DNA of 64,000 nucleotides from Phyllobates terribilis (lineage: Eukaryota), in assembly GCF_046119375.1 (NCBI RefSeq), contig NW_027362761.1, forward strand, positions 542,810,001 to 542,874,000, in the 5' to 3' direction. The notes beneath the pieces were generated by a model that saw only the letters and a program-made list of their open reading frames with translations, was not told the origin of the DNA and did no database searches. The translations under genes and the position numbers were made by a program. Shown here one piece after another: positions 27,723-40,359 of this stretch. Every line of letters begins with the position of its first letter. Positions within the stretch are counted from its first letter, which is position 1.

Positions 27723-29865
27723 TATTTATTTTTAAGTCCCCTGTAAACACCTTCACAAGCTGTGGAGAGGATCTGGCTGGGCAGATTTTGTCCATGATAT
27801 GTCCAAAATATTTTGCACCAAGAAACCCCCCTTGGAATAAGACTATTTAATCAGGATAACCCTCATGCAGATCCACGAAAATGCCCACCAGCCTCCGTGG
27901 TAGAAATCTGTGAGTCCGCTTTGCATTGTTACCACACATACTCCTGTAAACGAAAGTCAGATTTGGCTTATAGGCCAACGGTGCTACTGTCGCCTTGTTG
28001 GCTGCCCTGCACAGTAGCCGGAATCAGGAGAACAGCAGAGGGCGCTGTAACACTGGTGTGTCAGCCAGATCTCCTCACAGGAAGTCTTATTACTTTTCTA
28101 AAGATCCCATTTGTCAGACAATAGCCTGGCCGCCTATGACTCGCACACCCAGCTGTGATTTTCATCCAACCCCACAGATTTAATTGCAGAAATGTTGCAT
28201 ATTTTCCACCCATCTTTTGCAATGTGAGGGGAGACGTCCACAGCATAAAGTGACTAATCCACAGTGGCGCTGTTGCAGATATCCGCTGGATGGGATGTCA
28301 CAACTTCTCGTCCACAGTGGTGGTAGTGTCAGGTTGTCCGTCTGCGCTGCATATATACCGATGTGCTTTGATGGTGCAGATATGCTGATTATACCTGGAA
28401 ATGTCATGTGCTGAACCTACCTTTTGACATTTCCTGTGATTGCCAGTAACTCTCTAGCTATATGGTCCCCAATGGCGCACGGTCAGACTGCTCATGCCGG
28501 TCTTTGCTTTCCACCATTCCCCTTATCGGGCAGACTGATTATTGCAGGGCTGATTGACATCTTGTGTAATGCTGCATCCTCACAAGCTGGCTTTCAGGCC
28601 CCACACCATTTTATATCTGATAAATGGCTGTTTGTATGGAGCATGTGCAATTGTGGTGCATTATGGGGAAATTGATACGTTTTTGCAAATGTAAAAAATT
28701 TTAATTGATATTGGCAAAGTAAAGTGAACCCATCACATTGATGGCAGGAGGAGATGAGCAGATTGTTCCATACAATCTGTGTTTTATGTACTTGGATCTC
28801 TGCTAGCTTAGCGCTCAGGAGTCCAGTAGGCGGGGCCTAATCGATGATTGATGCTGAGATGGGCTCAAAAATTGGCATTGCTGCAGGCGTTGCATCTAGA
28901 TGCAAAAGTCGTAGCTGTCTAGCAGCAGCTTTGTGAATGCAGCTCTGGATGTGACTAGTAGCAGTAATAATGTAAGTTAAAAGCAGTAAGTAATAAGGTG
29001 GAATTTCTAATAGAAATAAAAAAAAAATTATATTTAAAATATATATAATTATATTTTCAATTTTAAATAATTAAAATTTATATGTGAAATAATTTTATAT
29101 ATATAAAATTTATTTTATTGCCTTTTTTTTGTGGCACTCTTGTCACTGAGCACTGTGTGCTTGTCCTCGCACTGCTTCTCTGTCCCTGTATATATAACAC
29201 TCGGGCCGGTTGTAGAGCAGCTTATATGGAGATGTGGTGTCTAATGCTGCACCCAGACCTGCGCGGCTCATCCTCCTCTTCATTACCGGCAGACACCTGC
29301 CAGCGAGATCCTTCACTCCTGTCTAAGATGTAAATGTAGCAGGGGATTATTGTTCCCGCCGTCCCGTATCAGCCGGAGACTCGGGGCCGTTCTGAATATA
29401 ATACTCTGCAGGTGTAGAGAGGAGATTAGCGGCGTCCATCTCTCTCCGCTCCGTCCGGAGGGAATGTGACAGTAAACACTTCCATGAATACTAAGGAGTC
29501 GTGTCACTTTCCTCAGATGAATTGAGCGCTTGTTCCCGGCTTTTAGGTGTTGCCGTATGGAAACGTGCCCACCTGGGCGAGGACCCCCTCATCCTCCCCG
29601 CTCAGGTCCCATTATTTAAAGATAAAGATCTATCTCCTGAATGCAAACAAAAAAAAAAAAAGACTTTACATTAATAATTTACTAGTTCATTACTTCATTA
29701 TGAATTTTTCATTGGGATGCCGTGAAATGCACCAACCTACTGGCTGATATGGAGCAACTGGCAGAGTTCTGTGCACCAGAGGAGTGACTAGTCTGAACGC
29801 GAGCCAAACCCAAAAGATGAGAGAAATCTGTGCAGAGGTGGATCGGGGCTAGTCTGGATGCCCTG

Positions 29866-30530
29866 GGGGGTTAGCCTAGCCTGGATGCCCTGTGGGAAGG
29901 GGGGGGAGTAGCCTAGCCTGGATGCCCTGTGGGAAGGGGGGGGGTAGTAGCCCAGCCTGGATGCCCTGTGGGAAGGGGGGGGGGTTAGCCTAGCCTGGAT
30001 GCCCTGTGGGAAGGGGGGGGGAGTAGCCTAGCCTGGATGCCCTGTGGGAAGGGGGGGGTAGTAGCCCAGCCTGGATGCCCTGTGGGAAGGGGGGGGGTTA
30101 GCCTAGCCTGGATGCCCTGTGGGAAGGGGGGGGGTTAGCCTAGCCTGGATGCCCTGTGGGAAGGGGGGGGGGGGTTAGCCTAGCCTGGATGCCCTGTGGG
30201 AAGGGGGGGGGGGTTAGCCTTGCCTGGATGCCCTGTGGGGAAGGAGGGGGGTTGGCCTAGCCTGGATGCCCTGTGGGGAAGGAGGGGGGTTGGCCTAGCC
30301 TGGATGCCTTGTGGGGAAGGAGGGGGGTTAGCCTAGCCTCGATGCCCTGTGGGGAAGGAGGGGGGTTGGCCTAGCCTGGATGCCCTGTGGGGAAGGGGGG
30401 GGGTTAGCCTAGCCTGGATGCCCTGTGGGGAAGGGGGGGGGGGTTAGCCTAGCCTGGATGCCCTGTGGGGAAAAGGGGGGGTTAACCTAGCCTGGATGCC
30501 CTGGGGGTGCTAGCTTGGATGCCCTGGGGG
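29866..30530. repeat. G-rich minisatellite, ~37-41 bp, about 16 copies with variable G-run length
   Basis: AGCCTAGCCTGGATGCCCTGTGGGAAG(G)nTT. Confidence 0.92.
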
Positions 30531-30739
30531 TAGGACATTGCCCTGGGGCTAGTCTGGATGCCATGGGTGTGCGGCATAAGGATCGTCCAGAACTGCAGAC
30601 GTCAGTAACTGATTACCTCCCGACAATGGCCCCTTCCTGGGGTCGTCTATCAGGTAGCTAGTCAGCAGTCCGCTCTGGAAGTTGTGGGAAGCCGGAATGA
30701 CTGACAGGCATTTTTAAAATGTCAGTCTTGTGTGTTCCC

Positions 30740-32075
30740 AGGATACAGCAAGGCTTGTGGGGTTGTTCCCAATATATGCCGGTTCTTGGGGGGGATGTTC
30801 TCCGGTGTATATACCTGTTCTTGGGAGGGGGAAGGGTGAGTTTACCAGTATATACCGGTTTTTGGGGGTGGGGTGGGGGATGTTCCCCGGTGTATATACC
30901 TATCCTTGGGGGGAGGTTACCAGTATATACTGGTTCTTGGGGGGTGGAGGGGTTGTTCCCTGCTGTATATACCCATTCTTCAGGGGGAGGTTACCAATAT
31001 ATACCGGTTCTTGGGGGGGAGCTCCCCGGTGTATACTGGTTCTTGGGTGGTGGTGGAGGGGATGTTCCCCGGTGTATACTGGTTCTTGGGTGGTGGTGGA
31101 GGGGATGTTCCCCGGTGTATACTGGTTCTTGGGTGGTGGTGGAGGGGATGTTCCCCGGTGTATACTGGTTCTTGGGTGGTGGTGGAGGGGATGTTCCCCG
31201 GTGTATACTGGTTCTTGGGTGGTGGTGGAGGGGATGTTCCCCGGTGTATACTGGTTCTTGGGTGGTGGTGGAGGGGATGTTCCCCGGTGTATACTGGTTC
31301 TTGGGTGGTGGTGGAGGGGATGTTCCCCGGTGTATACTGGTTCTTGGGTGGTGGTGGAGGGGATGTTCCCCGGTGTATACTGGTTCTTGGGTGGTGGTGG
31401 AGGGGATGTTCCCCGGTGTATACTGGTTCTTGGGTGGTGGTGGAGGGGATGTTCCCCGGTGTATACTGGTTCTTGGGTGGTGGTGGAGGGGATGTTCCCC
31501 GGTGTATACTGGTTCTTGGGTGGTGGTGGAGGGGATGTTCCCCGGTGTATACTGGTTCTTGGGTGGTGGTGGAGGGGATGTTCCCCGGTGTATACTGGTT
31601 CTTGGGTGGTGGTGGAGGGGATGTTCCCCGGTGTATACTGGTTCTTGGGTGGTGGTGGAGGGGATGTTCCCCGGTGTATACTGGTTCTTGGGTGGTGGTG
31701 GAGGGGATGTTCCCCGGTGTATACTGGTTCTTGGGTGGTGGTGGAGGGGATGTTCCCCGGTGTATACTGGTTCTTGGGTGGTGGTGGAGGGGATGTTCCC
31801 CGGTGTATATACCGGTTCGTGGGGAGGTGTGGTGAGGGGAAATGTTACCCAGTGTATATGCCTGTTCTTGGGGGGGTGGGTTGGTACCCGGTTTGTATGC
31901 CTGTTCTTGGGGGGGTGGGTTGGTACCCGGTGTATATGCCTGTACTTGGGGGTCAGATGTTACCCGGTGTATATGTCTGTTCTTGGGGGTGGGGGGGATG
32001 TTACCCGGTGTATATGCCTGTATTTGGGGGTCAGATGTTACCCGGTGTATATGTCTGTTCTTGGGGGGGTATACT
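30740..32075. repeat. 43-bp minisatellite: homogeneous core ~31027-31810 (about 18 copies) with diverged flanks
   Basis: CTGGTTCTTGGGTGGTGGTGGAGGGGATGTTCCCCGGTGTATA; ORFs repeat every 43 aa (3 units). Confidence 0.95.
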
Positions 32076-33080
32076 GCAGGTCTAGCGGAGGGGTTTTCCG
32101 GAATGCAGTAGTTCGTACCTACAAATATTCGGAATAAGCAGTGACCTGCTGATGGGCATCAGACTCATTGATGCTTGCGGGCAGTGAAGGCTCCGGTTTG
32201 GTCCGGTCCCCCAGAAGAGCGACTAGCACCGTTGCTGGACCGCCGCTGCTTCTTCAGACTCTTGTGCAGTCCCGGCCTCTGTGGCTCAGAGTGAATTGCT
32301 TGACACAAGAGGGTTACTTAATGTTAGAGGGAAATCCCACACATAGGTGTTATCTGTTATCCATAGAGGGGTGGTCTGACCCCTGGGACCCCCACAGTCC
32401 TGAGAAAGACGCTCTGAGATGCCCCATCTGAATGGCTCTGTACCCGAATGTGCGCACCGCTGCTCCATTCACTCGTTATGGGGGTGGTGGAGCACGGCAG
32501 CGCAGACCGCTGGTGACGGCACAAGCTGGACACCGAGGATCTATAGCCTTTCTAGCTCGCTAGCAGAAGGCTTAATACCACATTTTTGAAGACCGGTTCG
32601 ATTTTAAGTTTGGTGACTCTTTTTTTTTTTTCTCTAAAATTTCAGCAAAACTACAAATAAGTGTCAATAACGCCACCATATACCGTGGCAGAAGACTGCA
32701 GCATTGTGTAAAGCCGGTAAAATATAAACCTTTCTCCATTTCCCCACATTTATCCCTTTGGAATTGTAAAAGGTGAAATGCGCAGCATACCTTGACCTGC
32801 TGGGGATGACAAATCTCTAACCCTGGTCTCTTTACACAACACATTTTTCTTTCCCCACCGCGGGGCAGTGAGATTTTGGGATGTCCCATCCCCAATACTG
32901 CAATTTTTCCATGCACAGTTCCATTTACAGCCCTAACATTTTTTTTATTTTTTTTTGCTTTTATATTTTGAGTTTCTCCTGCTTATGTAGATGAATTCAC
33001 GGCATAAATCTTAGGTTTACCGGTTTCCCCCTCCTTCCCAGTGTAAGCAATGTCTTGTTGCCTGCCGTGCCCTTAACCGT

Positions 33081-33094
33081 CCACTAGAGGGCGG
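33081..33094 (+). promoter_or_regulatory. CTCF-like motif CCACTAGAGGGCGG
   Basis: Exact match to the core CCASYAGRKGGCRS; binding not demonstrated. Confidence 0.5.
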
Positions 33095-33892
33095 GCTCAC
33101 CTCACGGTCGTCCTCCTCTTGACCAGTCCTCGCCGTGCAGATGCACATATGGCTGAATATTATCTTTTTATAGTTACAATTATGAGCAATCGGAGGAAAT
33201 GACGGCTGAATTATCCCACGCTCGTGTTATTTGTTTTACTTTTACATTCTAAATTTGGGCAAATCCAAACATGAACTGAGCAGGAGGCGTTGGGAGGCTG
33301 CTCTCACCTTGGACTGTTCCCAGCACGGCCACATACACAATTACATGCTGTTTACCTCCGTATAGCGCTCATGTCATCTATTTTACTTGTCACATTTCTG
33401 AGCGGCAGAAAGCAGCCGCCGCCGCTCACTGAATGATTTAGCCTTCGCAGGCAGGATGTGCCCAGCGGATCGCGGACGGCATCCTTTTCCCGCTCGCTTC
33501 TACGCTGACTTTAACTTGATTGGGGAAATGAAAACCTTGCGGCAAGCGAGAGCGGAGCACTGCCAGGGTCCCAAACACACTACTGTGTCCTGCGAGAGCG
33601 CCCCCCGCACAGAGCTCCCTAAACATAACTCTGGCAGGTACCAAAAGACACGACTGCAGCCTGCATTGTGCCATGTCGGGGTTCAAGGCTGCGGTGATCA
33701 TTGCGGCAGCGGAGTGGAGCACGGCGCAAAATTCTATGGGGCCGATCCGTGCCCCCTGTAATATATCAGACACATCGTCCTGTAGTGGCAGCAGCCGTTG
33801 TAATCTGGCGCTCATGGGGGCTTTGCAATAAGAGATGCCAAAGAATTTTTTTTTTTTTTCTTGTGTTATATTCTAAGTTAGTTCCTAAAGAA

Positions 33893-34178
33893 TCACTAGG
33901 GGGCGCCCTTACTGTCACGCACTTCGTGCAGCAGCAGGGGGCGCCCTTAATATCATGCACTTTATATGGCAGCAGGGGGCGCCTTTACGGTCATGTGCTT
34001 TGGTGCGGCAGCAGGGGGTGCCCTTACCATCACACACTTGGTGCGGCAGCAGGGGGCGCCCTTACCGTCACGCACTTGGTGCGGCAGCAGGGGGCGCCCT
34101 TACCGTCACGCACTTGGTGCGGCAGCAGGGGGCGCCCTTACCGTCACGCACTTGGTGCGGCAGCAGGGGGCGCCCTAA
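33893..34178 (+). repeat. 38-bp minisatellite, about 7 copies (resumes at 34681-34730), each carrying GCAGCAGGGGGCGC
   Basis: GTCACGCACTTGGTGCGGCAGCAGGGGGCGCCCTTACC. Confidence 0.9.
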
Positions 34179-34682
34179 GGCTATGTTCACACATGTTGGG
34201 TTCTTCAGCGTTTTTTGCTGCAGATTTTTATGCAAATTTTCAGCTGCATTTTGCAGTACGAGCAAAGTCTGAGAACCCAGAATTCTCTGTTCACACATCA
34301 TAGTTTTTTTTTTTTTTTGTTCAGGATTTTGTGCCTTGATTGTGTTTTTGGAAAATAGAGCATGTCACTTCTTTCAGCGTTTTTTCAATGTTTTTTCACC
34401 CATAGGAAGTAATGGGTGGTGAAGAAAACCCTGGAAAAACGTATCAAAAATGCACCAAAATTTGCATCAGTTTTTTTCAGCATTTTTGATGGCAAAATAG
34501 AATGGGGTTCTTGTTTTTTTTTTGTTTTGTTTTTTTCACAGCACTTTATGTACATGCATAAATAGAGACAGAAGGACAGTGAAAAAAAATGCAATAAAAC
34601 CTGCGGTTTTAACGCAGCTGATTTCCTGCCAGAGATTAGGTTTTCTTGCAGATTTGTGACGCTGAAAAACCCAACGTGACAT
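34179..34682. mobile_element. Harbinger-like MITE inserted in the 38-bp array; right TIR eroded
   Basis: TAA|GGCTATGTTCACAC, identical to the 4199 terminus; the array resumes at TTACCGTCACGC. Confidence 0.7.
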
Positions 34683-34959
34683 TACCGTCACGCACTTGGT
34701 GCGGCAGCAGGGGGCGCCCGTACCATCACACACGTAGTATTTCCCTATCTTAATTTATTAAATGAGGCAACAGTGAGGTTGCTCTCTTGCTGTGTCTAGT
34801 TGCGGCTGTAGTATGGCTGACTGTCCTGTAATAAACACGGTGCAGCACTAGGGGGCGCTGCTGAAATTATTTCTTTGTTGTTTTTCTTGGCCCTATCCGT
34901 ACTTATTTTTGAAAGAAGCTGCAATGAGCCTGACTCCAGCGGTCCAGGCATAGTAGAGA

Positions 34960-37225
34960 CTGTGACGTGGCTGCTTCTTCTGTAATGGCCATGGTGCAGC
35001 TCTGGGCGGCGCTGCTGCAGAATAGAGGCTGTGATGTGGCTGCTTCTCCTGTAATAACCATGGTGCAGCTCTGGGGGGCGCTGCTGCAGAATAGAGGCTG
35101 TGCTGTGGCTGCTTCTCCTGTAATGGCCATGGTGCAGCTCTGGGTGGCGCTGCTGCAGAATAGAGGCTGTGCTGTGGCTGCTTCTCCTGTAATAACCATG
35201 GTGGCGCTCTGGGGGGCGCTGCTGCAGAATAGAGGCTGTGATGTGGCTGCTTCTCCTGTAATAACCATGGTGCAGCTCTGGGGGGCGCTGCTGCAGAATA
35301 GAGGCTGTGCTGTGGCTGCTTCTCCTGTAATGGCCATGGTGCAGCTCTGGGTGGCGCTGCTGCAGAATAGAGGCTGTGATGTGGCTGCTTCTCCTGTAAT
35401 AACCATGGTGGCGCTCTGGGGGGCGCTGCTGCAGAATAGAGGCTGTGATGTGGCTGCTTCTTCTGTAATGGCCATGGTGCAGCTCTGGGGGCGCTGCTGC
35501 AGAATAGAGGCTGTGATGTGGCTGCTTCTCCTGTAATGGCCATGGTGCAGCTCTGGGGGGCGCTGCTGCAGAATAGAGGCTGTGATGTGGCTGCTTCTCC
35601 TGTAATGGCCATGGTGCAGCTCTGGGGGGCGCTGCTGCAGAATAGAGGCTGTGATGTGGCTGCTTCTCCTGTAATGGCCATGGTGCAGCTCTGGGGGGTG
35701 CTGCTGCAGAATAGAGGCTGTGATGTGGCTGCTTCTCCTGTAATGGCCATGGTGCAGCTCTGGGGGGCGCTGCTGCAGAATAGAGGCTGTGCTGTGGCTG
35801 CTTCTCCTGTAATGGCCATGGTGCAGCTCTGGGGGGCGCTGCTGCAGAATAGAGGCTGTGATGTGGCTGCTTCTCCTGTAATGGCCATGGTGCAGCTCTG
35901 GGGGGCGCTGCTGCAGAATAGAGGCTGTGATGTGGCTGCTTCTCCTGTAATGGCCATGGTGCAGCTCTGGGGGGCGCTGCTGCAGAATAGAGACTGTGAT
36001 GTGGCTGCTTCTCCTGTAATGGCCATGGTGCAGCTCTGGGGGGCGCTGCTGCAGAATAGAGGATGTGATGTGGCTGCTTCTCCTGTAATGGCCATGATGC
36101 AGCTCTGGGGGGCGCTGCTGCAGAATAGAGGCTGTGATGTGGCTGCTTCTCCTGTAATGGCCATGGTGCAGCTCTGGGGGGCGCTGCTGCAGAATAGAGG
36201 CTGTGATGTGGCTGCTTCTCCTGTAATGGCCATGGTGCAGCTCTGGGGGGCGCTGCTGCAGAATAGAGGCTGTGATGTGGCTGCTTCTCCTGTAATGGCC
36301 ATGGTGCAGCTCTGGGGGGCGCTGCTGCAGAATAGAGGCTGTGATGTGGCTGCTTCTCCTGTAATGGCCATGGTGCAGCTCTGGGGGGCGCTGCTGCAGA
36401 ATAGAGGCTGTGATGTGGCTGCTTCTCCTGTAATGGCCATGGTGCAGCTCTGGGGGGTGCTGCTGCAGAATGGAGGCTGTGATGTGGCTGCTTCTCCTGT
36501 AAAGGCCATGGTGCAGCTCTGGGGGGCGCTGCTGCAGAATAGAGGCTGTGACGTGGCTGCTTCTCCTGTAATAGCCATGGTGCAGCTCTGGGGGGCGCTG
36601 CTGCAGAATAGAGGCTGTGACGTGGCTGCTTCTCCTGTAAAGGCCATGGTGCAGCTCTGGGGGGCGCTGCTGCAGAATAGAGACTGTGACGTGGCTGCTT
36701 CTCCTGTAATAGCCATGGTGCAGCTCTGGGGGGCGCTGCTGCAGAATAGAGACTGTCATGTGGCTGCTTCTCCTGTAATGGCCATGGTGCAGCTCTGGGG
36801 GGCGCTGCTGCAGAATAGAGGCTGTGATGTGGCTGCTTCTCCTGTAATGGCCATGGTGCAGCTCTGGGGGGCGCTGCTGCAGAATAGAGACTGTGACGTG
36901 GCTGCTTCTCCTGTAATAGCCATGGTGCAGCTCTGGGGGGCGCTGCTGCAGAATAGAGGCTGTGATGTGGCTGCTTCTCCTGTAAAGGCCATGGTGCAGC
37001 TCTGGGGGGCGCTGCTGCAGAATAGAGGCTGTGATGTGGCTGCTTCTCCTGTAATGGCCATGGTGCAGCTCTGGGGGGCGCTGCTGCAGAATAGAGGCTG
37101 TGATGTGGCTGCTTCTCCTGTAAAGGCCATGGTGCAGCTCTGGGGGGCGCTGCTGCAGAATAGAGGCTGTGATGTGGCTGCTTCTCCTGTAATGGCCATG
37201 GTGCAGCTCTGGGGGGCGCTGCTGC
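34960..37225. repeat. 69-bp satellite, about 33 copies
   Basis: GTGATGTGGCTGCTTCTCCTGTAATGGCCATGGTGCAGCTCTGGGGGGCGCTGCTGCAGAATAGAGGCT; 23-aa periodic ORFs in several frames. Confidence 0.95.
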
Positions 37226-37377
37226 ACAGCCTGTTAGTGTGACATTTTGCAGCATTTTTCCCCTTGTCTGTTACGCTATGAGAGCTGAAATCTCCGCTCT
37301 GCTGCCTCCGGGCCGTGTTGTCACTCTTGACATGAAAGATTTTACTTTTGTTTTTATTTTTCCTAAAGTTTAAGAAA

Positions 37378-37625
<248 letters not shown>

Positions 37626-38789
37626 TGAGCGGGGCTGGCAGAGGCCTGGGCTCGGTATCACGCAGCAGGGTCCGGGGGAGCCCGTTGTTTGTTTTCTAAT
37701 GAAGAGCAATTAGCGCACTGTATATTTTCTAATACAGTCGGAAAGGACATTTTAATGGGTGAATCAATTATGCAAATCGTCTCGCCTCTGCGGAGGGGCA
37801 GATAATGTGTGTTGGACTCACAGCAAAGTCTATACAAATGCTGAGAGACAGCGGATGGGAAGGGCTTTCAGCCTCAGAGCTCACGTGCCGCTCATGCCAG
37901 GGATTAAATCCCTTATTGAGCGGAAAAATAAAAATACAAACTGCATCAAATGTGGATTTTACATGGGGCTGACAATGCAGCAGAGCGGAATATGGAGCCA
38001 CGTTGTTTGTTTGCACTCGCCTAGTAATCTCCCTACAGTGCTGGGAGCGGGCGGCCATCTTGCTATCTCTTTGGAGCGGGTAGAGAGGATCAAAAAGATT
38101 TTCAGCATGTAGTCCGTGACCTTCGAACCTGCTCCTTTCTGCCGGCATCCCTGGCCCCGTCGATGCATACTCCCGAATCCAGCTTGGCGGGGGGGTTCGG
38201 ACGTGAGCACCGATGGGACCAATGAATCAGTGCCAAAACGCAGTGTGAAAGCACCCATATGTAAGACCATCACATGAAACTAGTGACTACCTAACATGTA
38301 AAAAACGAAAAATGTCCCATCCTGATACATTACCTTTTAAGTTATGTTTTCTCCACAATGTAAATGTATCCCTTTCCTAGATCGGGGGTACTGAGCTCCC
38401 CGGTTCTTCTGTTGAATTACATTGCGTATTGAACGCACATTCACACTGCGGCTGTATTTAAAATCTATGGGACTGACGTTGAAAGCACAGTTTAGTGCCT
38501 TTTTGTTTTCACCTCAGCCACACAAATACTCTTTATATACGAAAAAATTGCACTTTTTTTTAAAAAATTTGAGGCATAGTCTGACTCAATGACAATCCTT
38601 TTTATAGACACACTTAGAAACTCTCCAGGAGGGTGTAAAAAGTCAAATGCAAATAGTAAATTTGGCTCCCGGCAGGTTCTCTGTTATTTTGGTCCAATTT
38701 TCTTTGAATATGTCCCTTCTTTGCACAACTAAAAGCATTTTCATTTTCTTTCTTACACAGTGCCAAGTGCATGTGTGTTTGTGTATATA

Positions 38790-39738
38790 TGTACATTAAA
38801 ATATATTGTGAGCCAGTCACCAATTTTCTAAGTAAATATGTTTCTAAAGATGCTCTTGACATGAAATTCTCACCAGATGTCTGTAACAACCCATCCAATC
38901 CACACAGGAAATTAAACCGCAGATGTCCATACTTTTAAGTTTTCTATGTAATAATGAGAAATGACACAAGGAAAAAGTATTGAACACATGAAGAAAGAGG
39001 TGTAAAAAGCCACGAAAAGTCATGACACTTACTGAAATCTATCAGTAATTCGAAAGCAATCCTAACACTTATTGAAAAATATCAGCTGGTTCAACTGATG
39101 GCCCTTAGAAATATCTCATTGCCAAGGTGCCACTCAAGAAACATATGATGGGTAAAACCTGTGAGCTGTATCAAGACCTTCCCAACCTTATTGTTGCAAA
39201 ACATACTAAACTACTGAAGGTTCCAGTGAGCACTGTTGGGGCCATAAACCTGAAGTGGAAAGAGCGTCATTTCACTATAAACCGGCCACAACTAGTTGCA
39301 AGATTTCAGACTAAGGAGTGAAAAAAATGATTAGAAGAGTTGTTCAAGAGCCAGTGACTACCTGTGGAGAGTTACAGAAAGACCTGGAATCAGCAGGTAC
39401 AATTGTTTCAAAGCCAACTCGAAGTAATGTTCTCAACCTCCATGGCCTGTATGCACGCTCACTACGTAAGACTCCATTGCTGAACGAAAAGCAAGTTCAC
39501 GAGCGTTTAAAGTTTGCGCAATAACATTTAGACAAACCTATGAAATACTGGGAGAATATTGTCTGGTTAGATGAGACCAAAATTGAACTCTTTGGATGCC
39601 ATAATACACACCCTGTTTGGAGACCAAAAGGCACTACATATCACCCCAAAAACACCATACCAACAGTGAAGTTTGGAGGTGGGAACATCATGGTGTGTGG
39701 CTGTTTTTCAGCATACAGCACTGGCAAACTTCATATAT
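38790..39738 (+). mobile_element. Degenerate Tc1-like element, 5' half, cut off by the Chapaev-like element
   Basis: [49 protein letters not shown], then similarity ends abruptly. Confidence 0.85.
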
Positions 39739-40359
39739 CACTATGTAACATGATTTTTGTTCCCAGGGAATAAATGTAATTTCTTAATTTTGGTTATATC
39801 CTAAAAACATGGGGAAAAAAAGGAATTGGCCTGCAAAAACTTTGACTTCGCGGTCAGGACAGCAAAAAGTTGAAATTGGAATACTTTCTTTAAGGAAAAT
39901 TACAAATGTTTGGATTTAAGTTCATAATAAAAACAAAATACAAAATATTTCAAACCTATAGTAGATGTTAATTTAAATGCTACAAATTGATGAACAGGAA
40001 CCTAGAAATGTTTTTACTTTTTGCAAGATTTGTGAGGGTGTGTGAGGTTTTCAATGTAGTATCCTACATTTTGAACGTCGCAACCAAGGAAATCTGGATG
40101 AAAGCGCTCTTTGCTTCTCTGCATTGAAGCCTGTAACTACTTTAACAAAACTGTTCCATGCTTTTTTCTCCTTCCTTTTTTTTTTTTTTTTTGATTTGAG
40201 GGCTAACAAACGCCAGCTTTAACTTTTGCTTTGGGAATAGATCTTGTAGATACTTGTATGTTTCAGATTCCTTGTCCAAAGCTGTGACAAATTGTTTCAT
40301 GAGGCCTAGTTTGATGTGCAAATATGGCATTAGTACCTTTCAAGGGTCTACAAGTAGCT
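39739..40359 (-). mobile_element. Chapaev3-like (CMC) transposon, 3' part and terminus
   Basis: LLVDP.KVLMPYLHIKLGLMKQFVTALDK...FVSPQI and ERFHPD (~40095-40112); terminus CACTATGTAAC at 39739. Family assignment from recalled motifs. Confidence 0.65.

Noticed and set aside
30719-32137. Three overlapping Gly/Val/Trp-rich ORFs of 320-472 aa
   Set aside because: Produced by the 43-bp minisatellite; the frames simply rotate through the unit.
34796-37255. ORFs of 570-820 aa on both strands
   Set aside because: Pure 23-aa periodicity from a 69-bp unit lacking stops in several frames; no protein family signature.
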